DNA from: Pseudomonadota bacterium
GTDB taxonomy: Bacteria > Bdellovibrionota > Bdellovibrionia > Bdellovibrionales > Bdellovibrionaceae
NCBI GenBank assembly: GCA_041178425.1
Contig: JBEGVH010000009.1
Location: 160,001 to 224,000, forward strand
Length of the DNA: 64,000 bases
Direction: 5' to 3'
Shown here: piece after piece, positions 10,290 to 20,328 of the stretch
Position numbering within the stretch: position 1 is the stretch's first letter
Layout of the letters: the number at the start of each line of letters is the position of its first letter
The notes under the pieces: model-generated
What the model was told of the DNA's origin: nothing
What the model saw: the letters and a program-made list of their open reading frames with translations, nothing else
Databases searched by the model: none
Translations under genes and position numbers: made by a program

Positions 10290-11213
10290 ATGATTTTAAG
10301 ATTTGTTGTCTTTTGGCTCACACTCTGTATTTCTTCCCTTGGCTTTTCTCTCACTGAATTAGCTCTCAATTGGAAAGCGGAGCCAGAATTTGGTGGCTTT
10401 TATGAAGCTATTCCGCTCTTAAGAAATCAAGGAATCGAACTTAAAATATCTGAAGGTGGCTCAAGCTCTCCTACAATACAAATGCTGGGAGCCAAACAAG
10501 TTCCCCTTGCTATCGTTAGTGGCGATGAACTCGTCACCGCTAGGGATCGCGGTATTGATCTTGTTGCTGTGTTCGCCGTCTACCAGACCAACCCCCAAGG
10601 ACTGATGGTTAAAGAAACCACTCCCTTCAAAACCATCGAACAACTTTTGAATGCACCATCAATGACTATTGGCATGCAAATGGGTCTTCCTTACGTGGCC
10701 TATCTGAAAAAGAAATTTCCAAACATCAAAGCTCGGCTCGTTCCCTATCAAGGAGGGATTGGCCCCTTTTTGGCGCAGAAAGATTATGCCCAACAATGTT
10801 TTGTCACCGCCGAGGCCCTCGCCGCCAATAAAGCCGGCACTAAAGTAAGAACTTTTACTTTAGACCAAGTAGGTTTTAATCCCTACCTCACTGTCGTTGC
10901 CGTTCACAAAGATTCTCTCCTTAAAAACAAACTAGAAATTACCAAAATTGTTTCGGCATTTCGTGTTGGCTGGGAAAACTACCTCAAAAATCCAATCGCC
11001 ACAGATAAGCTCATGAATAAGCTCAATCCCTCGATGACATTAGAAACTTTTTCCGAATCAGGAAAAGCTCAGCTGTCTTTAATCAAGCCCACTGAGAATT
11101 TTGCGGTTGGATCGATGACGGCGGTTCGATGGAAAACTTTGGCAGATCAACTTAAAGATCTAGGCTTAATTAAAGTGGTTCAGAATCCAGATAATTATTT
11201 CATTAACCTCTAG
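10290..11213 (+). CDS. ABC transporter substrate-binding protein, NMT1/THI5-like
   Basis: Signal peptide, LNWKAEPEFGGFYEA, QTNPQGLM, FNPY. Confidence 0.85.
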   Translation: MILRFVVFWLTLCISSLGFSLTELALNWKAEPEFGGFYEAIPLLRNQGIELKISEGGSSSPTIQMLGAKQVPLAIVSGDELVTARDRGIDLVAVFAVYQTNPQGLMVKETTPFKTIEQLLNAPSMTIGMQMGLPYVAYLKKKFPNIKARLVPYQGGIGPFLAQKDYAQQCFVTAEALAANKAGTKVRTFTLDQVGFNPYLTVVAVHKDSLLKNKLEITKIVSAFRVGWENYLKNPIATDKLMNKLNPSMTLETFSESGKAQLSLIKPTENFAVGSMTAVRWKTLADQLKDLGLIKVVQNPDNYFINL

Positions 11214-11980
11214 TTTGCACAGGCAGGCTCGCGCCATTGCGGCCAACGCTGACGAATTTTTTCAGCATTGGCTTGCTGTTCTTGTTCAAGTTCGTTCAAT
11301 TGCAATTGCAACTGGTCTGCTAGATTCTTACAGATCGAAGAGTCTCGATTGGAAGCTTCATTGCATTGTGCCTTAAGGTCGGCATAAAACTTTTGTCGTT
11401 CTTGAAAAGACTTTTTAGCAGAACAAAAGTTTGCAGTTTCAGGCGCCGAGTGGTCTGCGAAAGCGACTTCCATTTGACTGATTTTTGCTTGGATTTTTTG
11501 GCTGATCTTTTTGTGCTCTTGGGCCTGCCTTTTAGAAGCGTCCAGATCGGACGCTACAAAATTTAAGATTCGCTTATGGCCCGAAAAATCACTCTTTGGC
11601 AAACGTTTCATCAACTGAGTTAGCTCTAGACTATAAAACTTTATCTTTTCAGGATCACGAAAGTCTGTTGGAGCCTTCATATACTTTTCAATAGCCCTAA
11701 CGAATTCGGTTCGTTGCCCCAGTTTTTTCTCGTAAACCATGAGCTGTTTTGCCCAAATGTTTAGAACCTCCCAGCGCCTCTGATAAACAGTTTCATTGAG
11801 CCATTGACGAGTTTTGGGGTAAGCGGACTGATTCGCCCATAACTGGTAAGTATCATTAACCTCTTGGGCATAGGATTGGCTAAACACTATAAAGGCCTGT
11901 TGCTGGGAATATCCATGCCCAACAAAAAGTGCGCACCCTAAAACACCAAACATTAAAAGATTCAGTAAAATCTGTCTCAT
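11210..11980 (-). CDS. Hypothetical exported or membrane-anchored helical protein
   Basis: N-terminal hydrophobic segment (possible lipobox VLGC), coiled-coil C-terminus with Cys residues. Confidence 0.7.
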   Translation of the reverse strand: MRQILLNLLMFGVLGCALFVGHGYSQQQAFIVFSQSYAQEVNDTYQLWANQSAYPKTRQWLNETVYQRRWEVLNIWAKQLMVYEKKLGQRTEFVRAIEKYMKAPTDFRDPEKIKFYSLELTQLMKRLPKSDFSGHKRILNFVASDLDASKRQAQEHKKISQKIQAKISQMEVAFADHSAPETANFCSAKKSFQERQKFYADLKAQCNEASNRDSSICKNLADQLQLQLNELEQEQQANAEKIRQRWPQWREPACAN

Positions 11981-12119
11981 ACCTATAACCTATTTCGGCC
12001 ACTTGTACTTTCTTTTTTACGGTCTATTGGTCTGGGTCTTTGACTGAACATTAAAAACCTTGCTGATTGACTGCGGCAATATCTTCTATTTTTATAGACC
12101 AAAGAGGTCGGAGGACCAA

Positions 12120-12848
12120 ATGCATCCAACCAAGACACGCTTCACAAGCCAGAGCTTTTATTGGAACAATTATTTTATCACTGAGCACACGCCACTGGAG
12201 CCAATGAAAGGCCAGTTTGTCTTACTGCATGGGTTTCCAGCTTGGGTTTCTAAAAACTATGACATCGGCGAGCTATTAGCGCTCTTAGGATACAAGGTCT
12301 TCATCCCCCATCACCAAGGTCTAGGGCAATCCCATGGCAACTTTGAATTTCTCAAGAATATCAAGGAGACCAGCCAACTAATTAAAGCCATCAAGGAACG
12401 AAATCCTCTTCTTCCCTTTTCGCTCCTTGGCCATAGTTGGGGGGCCTACCTGTCGCTCCGACATCTCCATGAAATCACAGATAAGCTCGTTCTCCTGGCC
12501 CCCCTTGCTCACTTCCCAAAGGACAGGCGAAGAGATCTCTTGCTTGAAAATCTTTATGAAAAAAACAAACAAGACATTCCATCGTATGATTTAGCGCAAT
12601 TAAAAGCCGTCTTTGAAAAATTAGAACAAGAAATGGATTACTCAATCCTGAATACTGAACTCTGGACCAAAAAATCTCTTCTAATTTATGGAGCAAATGA
12701 TGAAGTGATTTCTTCGGATTTGATGACGGATTTTGCCTCATCTCTTCGATCGCCTCAACATACAACGAAGGTCACTGACGATGATCATCGTTTGTCGAAG
12801 CGACGACAGATTTTAGAGATGATAAAAAACTGGGTAACTATTCTTTAG
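12120..12848 (+). CDS. Alpha/beta hydrolase
   Basis: LLHGF, GHSWG nucleophile elbow, GANDEVI (Asp), DDH (His). GGAGG RBS before the ATG at 12120. Confidence 0.85.
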   Translation: MHPTKTRFTSQSFYWNNYFITEHTPLEPMKGQFVLLHGFPAWVSKNYDIGELLALLGYKVFIPHHQGLGQSHGNFEFLKNIKETSQLIKAIKERNPLLPFSLLGHSWGAYLSLRHLHEITDKLVLLAPLAHFPKDRRRDLLLENLYEKNKQDIPSYDLAQLKAVFEKLEQEMDYSILNTELWTKKSLLIYGANDEVISSDLMTDFASSLRSPQHTTKVTDDDHRLSKRRQILEMIKNWVTIL

Positions 12849-14253
12849 CCGATAGCTTTTTGTATTTACCCAATTTTTGCAACTGCCCCTCAATGGCAGC
12901 TCCGTCTCCATAGACAATGATATCCAACCGCTCTGGTTGAAAATACTTTTTCAGAATTGAATTTACTTGAGCCAGCTTCAATGAGTTGACGTTACTGACG
13001 TACTGGGTGAGATAGGAGTCCTCGATCCCATAATAACGAAGCACAAGCATTTGATAGGCCAATGAGTCCATGGTTTCAACAGCCCGGGGAAACTGCCCAA
13101 TCATAACTGATTTAGCAGCCTGCAATTCCTCATCTGTAATTCCTTGATCTGCGAAAGTCTTAAAAACATCAAGAGTCGCAGAAATCGTCTCGCCCACTTT
13201 GTCGTTTCTTGTGAACGTTTGAATCATAAATGGTCCCGAGAAGCGCCGAGCTTCAAAGGCCGAAGAAATACCGTAGGTAAGTCCGAGATCATCTCTCACT
13301 CGCTGATTTAATCGGCTCGCGAAAGCTCCACCTAAAACCATATTAGCCGCTCGTAAACTAAGAAAGTCGGGATGAGAGCGATCGATAAAAACATGGCCAA
13401 TTCGAACTTGTGCCTGCACCAATCCTCTTTTTGATTTCAAATAGGTGCCCGCAACAGGACTCGCCGGGGGGCCCCATGCAATAGGAGCTTTCTTTTTGTC
13501 TGACAGCCAGGTAATGACCTTTGCCTTCATCTGCTGCTTAAAAAGCTCATCAAAGTCACCAACGACCGCAATGGTTGTGTTCTCGGGAATAAAATTATTT
13601 TTATAAAATTCAATCACGTCTTTACGTTGTATCTGCTCGAGGCTCGAAATTTCACCCATTGTTGGCAAAGCATAGGGGTGACTTTGAAATAACAGGCGCG
13701 AGAAGATCTTATCTGAATACTGATCGGCATCGTCTTCAATTTTTGCTAGGGAACTTTGAATTTGCTTTTTCATCCGCGCAAATTCTTTTTGTTCGAAACG
13801 TGGGTTCATTAAAATATCTAAGAACGAATCCAAGAGTATCTCTTTGGTATAAGAAAGGCCACGAAGCGATAAGGTGGTGTAATCATAACCGGGATTGATC
13901 GACAAATCAGCCCCTAAGCCTTCGAGTTTTTCGGCAATATCGACACTCGAATACTTTTTAGTTCCTTCATCTAGAAGACTCGATGTTAAGAAGGATAAAC
14001 CAGATTTGTTTTTTGGATCTCTGATGGCACCACTGTTAACAAGCGCAATCAAACTGACCTTCGGTAAGGTTGTATCTTTAATAAAAAGAAGCTTTAAACC
14101 ATTTGAAAGTTCAACTTCACTGGTCTCAGGGAGTCGAACACCCTGCGTAAACTGACTAGCCCCACGAGAAGAAGACAAGGAGCTACACCCCTGCCACACG
14201 CCAACCATTGCCATTAACAAAATAAGAATTCCCATTTTTTTCATACTGATCAC
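12838..14253 (-). CDS. M16B peptidase, non-catalytic subunit (probable lipoprotein)
   Basis: LSNGL, LDEGT, SRLNQRVRDDLGLTY (R/Y pair), no HxxEH, WQGC lipobox-like. Confidence 0.88.
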   Translation of the reverse strand: MISMKKMGILILLMAMVGVWQGCSSLSSSRGASQFTQGVRLPETSEVELSNGLKLLFIKDTTLPKVSLIALVNSGAIRDPKNKSGLSFLTSSLLDEGTKKYSSVDIAEKLEGLGADLSINPGYDYTTLSLRGLSYTKEILLDSFLDILMNPRFEQKEFARMKKQIQSSLAKIEDDADQYSDKIFSRLLFQSHPYALPTMGEISSLEQIQRKDVIEFYKNNFIPENTTIAVVGDFDELFKQQMKAKVITWLSDKKKAPIAWGPPASPVAGTYLKSKRGLVQAQVRIGHVFIDRSHPDFLSLRAANMVLGGAFASRLNQRVRDDLGLTYGISSAFEARRFSGPFMIQTFTRNDKVGETISATLDVFKTFADQGITDEELQAAKSVMIGQFPRAVETMDSLAYQMLVLRYYGIEDSYLTQYVSNVNSLKLAQVNSILKKYFQPERLDIIVYGDGAAIEGQLQKLGKYKKLSAKE

Positions 14254-14261
14254 TTTCCCTG

Positions 14262-15665
14262 TTATTTTCTGTCAACGGTTACAGAATTGAATTTTTCTTG
14301 AGCGATGTACGATTTGACCCTCTCGATATCCTCTACCGACACTTTTAAATATCTATCAATGTCCCTAAAAAATTCTCTGTAATCTCCAAGCAATACTTCA
14401 TTCATTGCCAAAATCCTCGCTTTACCGTCATTCGTTCTGAGCGAGTCGATATAGTCACTAAGAACCATATTCTTTGCTTTTAGAAGCTCTTCTGGCTTGA
14501 TTGGCAGCTTGCGAAGTCTCTCTAACTGAGCTTCAAGGCTGGTGCGAATCTGATCGGCTTTTGATCCTGGCTTAGCTACAACTTGAATATAAAACATTCC
14601 TGAGTCTTGCAAAGTGTAGTGCCCACTCGCTGCGGAAAGTGCAACCTGCTGTTTGTAAACAAGCTCCTGATAGAGTCGCGATGATTTGCCTTGGCCAAAA
14701 ATAGAGCTCAACAAATCTAATGCATAGGCATCATCGACACCCCCCTTGACCGTTAAACTGCCCCACATTAATTCGGGCCCCTGCACCGGAAAGGGCACTC
14801 TAGTGGAGACAACCTTGGAGTCTTTATCGTTCATAGCCACAAGCCGCGAAGGACGCTCAGGGCTTTTTAAAGATCCGTAGTATTTTTTGATGAGTTTTTT
14901 GACTTGATTGACATCAAAATCACCGACAATGACGACAACGGCATTAGAGGGAACGTACCATTTACTATAAAATCGTTTTAGTTTTTCGATATTAAAACCA
15001 CTAATGTCTTGAGCTGTTCCAATGACGGGAAGACCATAGTTACTATTCTGAAACACGGCACTGGTCAGCTTTTCCCAACCCATGCCACTGGGATCGTTAT
15101 CGTAGCGCATACGACGCTCTTCTTTAACGACTTCTCTCTCTTTTTGAAATTCATCATCGACGATTTGAAGCGACTGCAGTCGATCAGCTTCCATGTCCAT
15201 GATTAATTCTAATTTTGAGCTCGGCAGAATTTCAAAGTAGCCAGTATAATCTTGAGTGGTGAAGGCGTTGTTCACAATACCGTTGGCCTGAAGAACTCGA
15301 TCAAAATCTTTATTGGGAAATCGCTGAGTGCCCTTAAACATCATATGTTCAAACATATGTGCTAAACCTGACTCCCCTGGGAGTTCGTCTTTTGCTCCCA
15401 CTCGAAACCAAGTATGATAAGAGACCATGGGAATGGATCTTTGAGAATGCAACAAAAACACCATTCCATTCGACAACGTTACTCTTTCAACGGGAAATTC
15501 AAGCTTAATGGCTTTTTGGGGAATACTCATAGGCAGCCCAACAACTGCACCCGTTTTAACCTCATGTTCATCGTTGTGTTTATCGAGCGAAACCCGAGGG
15601 TCACTCTCACCAAAAGCTGAAACCGAAAGACTCAAAAGCAACCCTATAAGAACGGATTTTAACAT
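14262..15665 (-). CDS. M16B zinc peptidase, catalytic subunit
   Basis: GLAHMFEHMMFKGT (HxxEH), NAFT, EREVVKEERR. Signal peptide from the ATG at 15665. Confidence 0.92.
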   Translation of the reverse strand: MLKSVLIGLLLSLSVSAFGESDPRVSLDKHNDEHEVKTGAVVGLPMSIPQKAIKLEFPVERVTLSNGMVFLLHSQRSIPMVSYHTWFRVGAKDELPGESGLAHMFEHMMFKGTQRFPNKDFDRVLQANGIVNNAFTTQDYTGYFEILPSSKLELIMDMEADRLQSLQIVDDEFQKEREVVKEERRMRYDNDPSGMGWEKLTSAVFQNSNYGLPVIGTAQDISGFNIEKLKRFYSKWYVPSNAVVVIVGDFDVNQVKKLIKKYYGSLKSPERPSRLVAMNDKDSKVVSTRVPFPVQGPELMWGSLTVKGGVDDAYALDLLSSIFGQGKSSRLYQELVYKQQVALSAASGHYTLQDSGMFYIQVVAKPGSKADQIRTSLEAQLERLRKLPIKPEELLKAKNMVLSDYIDSLRTNDGKARILAMNEVLLGDYREFFRDIDRYLKVSVEDIERVKSYIAQEKFNSVTVDRK

Positions 15666-15792
15666 ACACTCTCCCCCTTCTAAAAGACTCGAAGGAGACC
15701 TATTAAAGAACAACTAATTACGCCCCGCAAGACACCAATTCTTTAGAAATTAGACTAAGTTATCAATAGAGTTTATTTAGAAATGAGTGACT

Positions 15793-16305
15793 TTATTCTA
15801 TTCTGAATTTAGAGAAAAAAATGTCTTTCACAATACCTTTTTTGAGAATCGCATTGACGGCATCAGCAAACTGTTCTTTTAAAAATAACTTGCCTTGCAC
15901 AGAAGCGATATCATCATAGGATTTATTTTGAATTATCTGGAGAATCTGATCGCGAGCTTTTGCCTGATTATCCGAATCAATAAGCTCCTCATAGCCTTCA
16001 TGGTTCATCATCTCAAAAGACACTTCAACCTCAATGGCGCGCACGGGACTATCATCTAAATTGGCTTTGAAGGGCTCCATAGTGTAAATCATCGGAAGCT
16101 TTTCGATTTCTGCCTGTTCAGCATCAAGGCGCTCTGAAGCTTGTTCATTCGTGTACACAGGCGGGTTCCAACCAATTGTTCCCTTGTAGGCAAAAAACAA
16201 TCCCGCTCCAGACACTCCAAGATTAACGACGGCGAAAACAAGACTTAAAATTAGCCCCGTTTTATCTTTTTTGGGTTCTTGATCCGGTTTTTTTTCTTCA
16301 GACAA
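15793..16305 (-). CDS. fliL: Flagellar basal body protein FliL
   Basis: Single TM, PFKANL, ARDQIL, GKLFLKEQ, VKDIFFSKF. AAGGAG RBS before the TTG at 16305. Confidence 0.88.
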   Translation of the reverse strand: MSEEKKPDQEPKKDKTGLILSLVFAVVNLGVSGAGLFFAYKGTIGWNPPVYTNEQASERLDAEQAEIEKLPMIYTMEPFKANLDDSPVRAIEVEVSFEMMNHEGYEELIDSDNQAKARDQILQIIQNKSYDDIASVQGKLFLKEQFADAVNAILKKGIVKDIFFSKFRIE

Positions 16306-16325
16306 GGCCGCACTCCTTAACAAAC

Positions 16326-16352
16326 TTATCGGTCAACCAACTCAGTTTCTTA
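16326..16352 (-). promoter_or_regulatory. Sigma28 (FliA) promoter of fliL
   Basis: Minus strand reads TAAG-N15-ACCGATAA directly upstream of a flagellar gene. Confidence 0.75.
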
Positions 16353-16370
16353 AGTGCAATAAAGGCCTCG

Positions 16371-16430
16371 AAAAAAAAGAAAAACCGATGTTTTGAAGCT
16401 CAATTGGCGAACTTTAAAACATCGGTTCTT
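16371..16430 (-). terminator. Long hairpin with U-tract, terminator of the sppA operon
   Basis: AACCGATGTTTTGAAG...CTTTAAAACATCGGTT stem with an A-run on its left. Confidence 0.65.
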
Positions 16431-16501
16431 TAAACGGTGATAAAATCTCATCTTGATACACCCTCTTGACGATAAATCAAGAGGACGCTTCGGGATTGAT
16501 T

Positions 16502-16702
16502 CTAGTGACTCTCTTCTTCGGATTCTTCTAACTCTTCTACTTCTTCAGCTTCTACTTCAGGGGGAGCAACAAGATTGGCACTATCTTCTAATTGAGCCAA
16601 AAACTTATTATAGTCTTCTTTGGTAATAAAACCTTGAGATAAATTATATTCCAATAAACGGATATCGAACTTCATTTTGTTCATTGCTTTTTCGAAAGAC
16701 AT
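16502..16702 (-). CDS. Small acidic hypothetical protein
   Basis: 66 aa, GGAG RBS, 9 nt downstream of the rhomboid gene, Glu-rich tail. Confidence 0.75.
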   Translation of the reverse strand: MSFEKAMNKMKFDIRLLEYNLSQGFITKEDYNKFLAQLEDSANLVAPPEVEAEEVEELEESEEESH

Positions 16703-16711
16703 TCTACACTC

Positions 16712-17494
16712 CTAGTTCCAATATTTGGGACCTTTATGATTATCTGATGAATCAGGATTATCGTTATCTACAATAAGGCGCAAATTTCGTCCACGTTTTT
16801 TTGATGCCAAGCGTCTCTGATTCCAATCTTTTCCTTTAAGAAGCAGATATCCTGACAATAAGCCTGTCAAATGAGCAAGATAGGCCGTTTCTCCCCCTAC
16901 CGGACTACTGCCCATCAGCGACAAAAACTGAATCGCACCTAAAAGCAATACAAAATATTTTGCCGGCATTGGAAACACCATCATAAAGGCTACGATTCGA
17001 TCTCCGAATAACTTTCCATAAGCCAATAAAAGCCCGAAAATGGCTCCTGACGCTCCAACGACAGGTGTTAAAAGCCCCAAAGGCGTACCGTTGTATACCA
17101 GAGAGTAAAAACCCATACCCAAACAATAGAAAATCCCAGCTCCTATTCCAGAAAAAAGATAATAAACAAGAAAGTATTTACTACCCCAAACTTGCTCCAA
17201 CTCGGCCCCAAGCCACCAAAGCATCAGCATATTAAAGACGATGTGACTCCAGTCGGCAGAATGCAAAAACATATAGGTTAATGGTTGCCAAAAGTAATGA
17301 TCAACAATCAGTTTTCCGGGAATCAGAGCAAAAACCGAGCTAAAAGAAAAAAATTCTAAAAGGCGATCAAGTAGAAGCTGACCTCCGATCCAAACAATCA
17401 CATTAATGATGATCAGTTTTTTAACCGTCGGGGTCATAGGCATCACTACCGGCACCCCTGGGCCACCGCGATAATTCATAAAACCTCCCGCCAT
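16712..17494 (-). CDS. Rhomboid intramembrane serine protease
   Basis: WQPLTYMFLH, HIVFNM, GASG (Ser), AHLTG (His). Confidence 0.93.
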   Translation of the reverse strand: MAGGFMNYRGGPGVPVVMPMTPTVKKLIIINVIVWIGGQLLLDRLLEFFSFSSVFALIPGKLIVDHYFWQPLTYMFLHSADWSHIVFNMLMLWWLGAELEQVWGSKYFLVYYLFSGIGAGIFYCLGMGFYSLVYNGTPLGLLTPVVGASGAIFGLLLAYGKLFGDRIVAFMMVFPMPAKYFVLLLGAIQFLSLMGSSPVGGETAYLAHLTGLLSGYLLLKGKDWNQRRLASKKRGRNLRLIVDNDNPDSSDNHKGPKYWN

Positions 17495-18027
17495 GCTTCT
17501 TTTAATCGATGGTACGAGGACTCTAAACTTTCAACAACCACTTTCGTTTCCGCAATTAAAGGAAAAAAGTTTACATCGCCAAACCAACGCGGAATGACAT
17601 GCCAATGAAGATGATTTGGAATCCCCGCTCCCGCCACAGCTCCGTGATTCATTCCCACGTTCATCCCCTCACAGCCATAAACATGGGCGATCACCTTCAT
17701 GGCCTTACGGAGCATGGCCATCAAATCCTCGTATTCGGCTTCGGTAAGCGCTGTTATATCCCCACAATGTCGCCGAGGAATTATTAAAAGATGGCCATTG
17801 TTGTAAGGAAACTTATTCATGACAACCATACTGTATTTAGTTTTAACCAGAGTGAGCGTTTCGAGAGATTCCCTTTTTTTAGCGCAACCACAAAATACGC
17901 ACCCTTTTGGCTTTACCAGTTTACGAACATATCTGTAACGATCAGGACGAATCATTAGATCACGCTCTTGTGGCCAAATATCTCCAATTCCCAAAGACTT
18001 TTTTGATTTTTGTTTCTTGATCGCCAT
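17476..18027 (-). CDS. HIT-family nucleotide hydrolase/phosphorylase (Ap4A-type)
   Basis: CVFC, NKFPYNNGH, AGAGI, HLHWHVIPRW. Confidence 0.92.
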   Translation of the reverse strand: MAIKKQKSKKSLGIGDIWPQERDLMIRPDRYRYVRKLVKPKGCVFCGCAKKRESLETLTLVKTKYSMVVMNKFPYNNGHLLIIPRRHCGDITALTEAEYEDLMAMLRKAMKVIAHVYGCEGMNVGMNHGAVAGAGIPNHLHWHVIPRWFGDVNFFPLIAETKVVVESLESSYHRLKEAWREVL

Positions 18028-18986
18028 TAATCCATAACCTCATCTAACCAAACACCTGGCATAATAGCCATTGGCTGATTAAAACCCTTGAGCTTTAAAA
18101 ATTGGATGAGCTTTTTCTGTGGAGTAATCGACCACTCGCTACTCTCTTCATCCTCTCCTTCGAGAATTCGTTCGAGCAGGGACGGTTGTTTTTTTGGTGG
18201 TTCAAAGAGCTCATAATCTTTTTTTACCTTGGCCAAATCGGCCAAAAGGGCTGCGGCATCATCAATCGATCCAACTTGATCAGCAAATCCCAACTTAACC
18301 GCTTGCTCACCATTAAAGACGCGACCGTCAGCGTAGGCATCTAATACCTGTTCATCGAGTTTTCGCGCTTCTTTCACAGCTCCTCTGAACTGCTGATACG
18401 TTTCGGAAATCAAGTTTTGAAAATAGGCCTTTTCTTCTTCTTTCATCGGTCGGTATTCAGAACCTGCATCTTTAAGCTTGCCAGAGGTAATTGCAAATCG
18501 ATCAATTTTTGCCCAACCGTAGAGTTTTTCGAGGTTGGCGAATTCCATGATAACTCCAATCGAACCGATGAGCGTACCATTGGAAACTACAATTTTATCA
18601 GCCGCCATCGAAATATAGTATCCACCGCTCGCATTCAGACTGGGGGAATAAACCACAATCGGTTTTTTTGTTTTTTCTTTAAACTGTTTTAGAGCACGAT
18701 AAATCTCCTCCGCCGGTCCAACGGCACCACCCGGTGAATTTATTCGAAGTAGAATTCCTTTAACGGAATCTTGATCGCGATATTTTTTTAGTTTTTTCAG
18801 AAATTTCTCGCTATCAAGAATAACTCCTTTGATATCAAGAACGAGCAAATTGGATTTTGAACCAATGGTAGGACCATCTCCCTCTTCGTATCCAGCGATA
18901 AACGAAAGTCCGATCACGAGCGCTACGACCGCAGCAAAAAGAAAACCCATAAACAAAAAAACAAACCAAGGATTGCGTCTCATCAT
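18027..18986 (-). CDS. sppA: Signal peptide peptidase SppA (36K type)
   Basis: TM anchor, RINSPGG, ASGGYY, GSIGVI, DGRVF. Confidence 0.93.
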   Translation of the reverse strand: MMRRNPWFVFLFMGFLFAAVVALVIGLSFIAGYEEGDGPTIGSKSNLLVLDIKGVILDSEKFLKKLKKYRDQDSVKGILLRINSPGGAVGPAEEIYRALKQFKEKTKKPIVVYSPSLNASGGYYISMAADKIVVSNGTLIGSIGVIMEFANLEKLYGWAKIDRFAITSGKLKDAGSEYRPMKEEEKAYFQNLISETYQQFRGAVKEARKLDEQVLDAYADGRVFNGEQAVKLGFADQVGSIDDAAALLADLAKVKKDYELFEPPKKQPSLLERILEGEDEESSEWSITPQKKLIQFLKLKGFNQPMAIMPGVWLDEVMD

Positions 18987-19152
18987 ATTGCCTCCGCTCC
19001 GGAAAATTTCACCTCAACTCATGGGCTTACGTCAAACCTTACCCTTCGGCAAAACTGACGCTAAGCATGGTCTTCCGGGAGAAAATTTGCAATGGCATCT
19101 CTCTTCCATTAAGGATGTTCGATCTGTTGAGAAGACAAGAGAGGAGCTATCG

Positions 19153-20250
19153 ATGAGCGCAATGGACACCCATGAGGCTGCAAACACGGTTGTTATCAGA
19201 AAAACTTTGAGTGGGACTCGCAAGCTTCATCCCCCGTCAGAGGCTCTTGGCTTCGGGAAGTATTTCACGGATCACATGCTCACGATCTCCTACAAAAACA
19301 ACTCTTGGCAAACACCAGAGATTACACCGTATCAAAACTTCTCCCTTGACCCTGCTTCGTCGGTTCTTCACTACGGTCAGGCCCTCTTTGAGGGAATGAA
19401 AGCCTTTCGCCAAGAGTCAGGGAAAGTTACGCTTTTTCGACCAGATTATAACTGCCGCCGAATGAATCTGGGTGCGCACCGACTGTGTATGCCAACCATC
19501 CCAAAATCACTTTTTGAAAACGGTATCAAAGAGCTTATTCGGGTCGATTCAGAATGGGTTCCCAACGAGCCGCATTGCTCTCTTTACGTTCGCCCAACAA
19601 TGATCGGTACCGAGGGCTTTTTAGGTGTTCGACCCTCCGACGAATATATCTTTTTTGCGATTCTTTCGCCCGTCGGGTCCTACTACGGACAGGGAATGCA
19701 AGCCGGTGTGAAGATTTGGATCGAAGAAGACTTTGTCAGAGCGGCTCCAGGAGGACTCGGGGCCACCAAAGCCGCAGCCAATTACGCTAATAGCCTCTAT
19801 GCAGCCCACGAAGCAAAAAAGAGAGGTTTTGCCCAGGTCCTTTGGCTAGATGTCAGCCATCAATTCATTGAAGAAGTGGGAACAATGAATGTTTTTTTTA
19901 AATTAGAAGACAAAATTATCACCCCACCCTTGGGAGGAACAATCTTGGCAGGTGGGGTTCGGGATAGCGCCATTCAATTGCTGCAAGACTGGAATATCCC
20001 CGTTGAGGAAAGGCCGGTCACCCTTAAGGAAATTCAAGACGCTGCTCGATTAGGAACACTTAAGGAGATTTTTGGAACCGGCACGGCGGCAGTGATAACT
20101 GCCGTCGAAGAATTACACATGAAAAATGGAGAAAACATCATACTCCCACAAAAAGGTATGGGTCCAGTCTCGCAACGACTATTTGATACCCTCAATGGAA
20201 TTCAGAGAGGTATAATTTCTGATAAGTATGGGTGGCTCGTTCATATCTAG
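19153..20250 (+). CDS. ilvE: Branched-chain amino acid aminotransferase
   Basis: FGKYFTDHM, LHYGQALFEGMKA, LYVRP, TKAAANY, EEVGTMN, GTGTAA. GAGGAG RBS before the ATG at 19153. Confidence 0.95.
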   Translation: MSAMDTHEAANTVVIRKTLSGTRKLHPPSEALGFGKYFTDHMLTISYKNNSWQTPEITPYQNFSLDPASSVLHYGQALFEGMKAFRQESGKVTLFRPDYNCRRMNLGAHRLCMPTIPKSLFENGIKELIRVDSEWVPNEPHCSLYVRPTMIGTEGFLGVRPSDEYIFFAILSPVGSYYGQGMQAGVKIWIEEDFVRAAPGGLGATKAAANYANSLYAAHEAKKRGFAQVLWLDVSHQFIEEVGTMNVFFKLEDKIITPPLGGTILAGGVRDSAIQLLQDWNIPVEERPVTLKEIQDAARLGTLKEIFGTGTAAVITAVEELHMKNGENIILPQKGMGPVSQRLFDTLNGIQRGIISDKYGWLVHI

Positions 20251-20328
20251 TGGCGAACGTTTTTCTACTAAAGAAAATAACTTTATAGATTTTTCGCCAA
20301 CGACATCGCCGGAGCCAGAGGGAGAACG

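Noticed and set aside
14904..14917. Exact TTGAT-N4-ATCAA
   Set aside because: Lies deep inside the M16 peptidase CDS and is likely a chance match
18829..19152. 108-aa N-terminal extension of ilvE overlapping sppA, and a possible riboswitch in this leader
   Set aside because: A strong RBS and ATG at 19153 give a normal-length IlvE, and no recognisable riboswitch or T-box consensus was found
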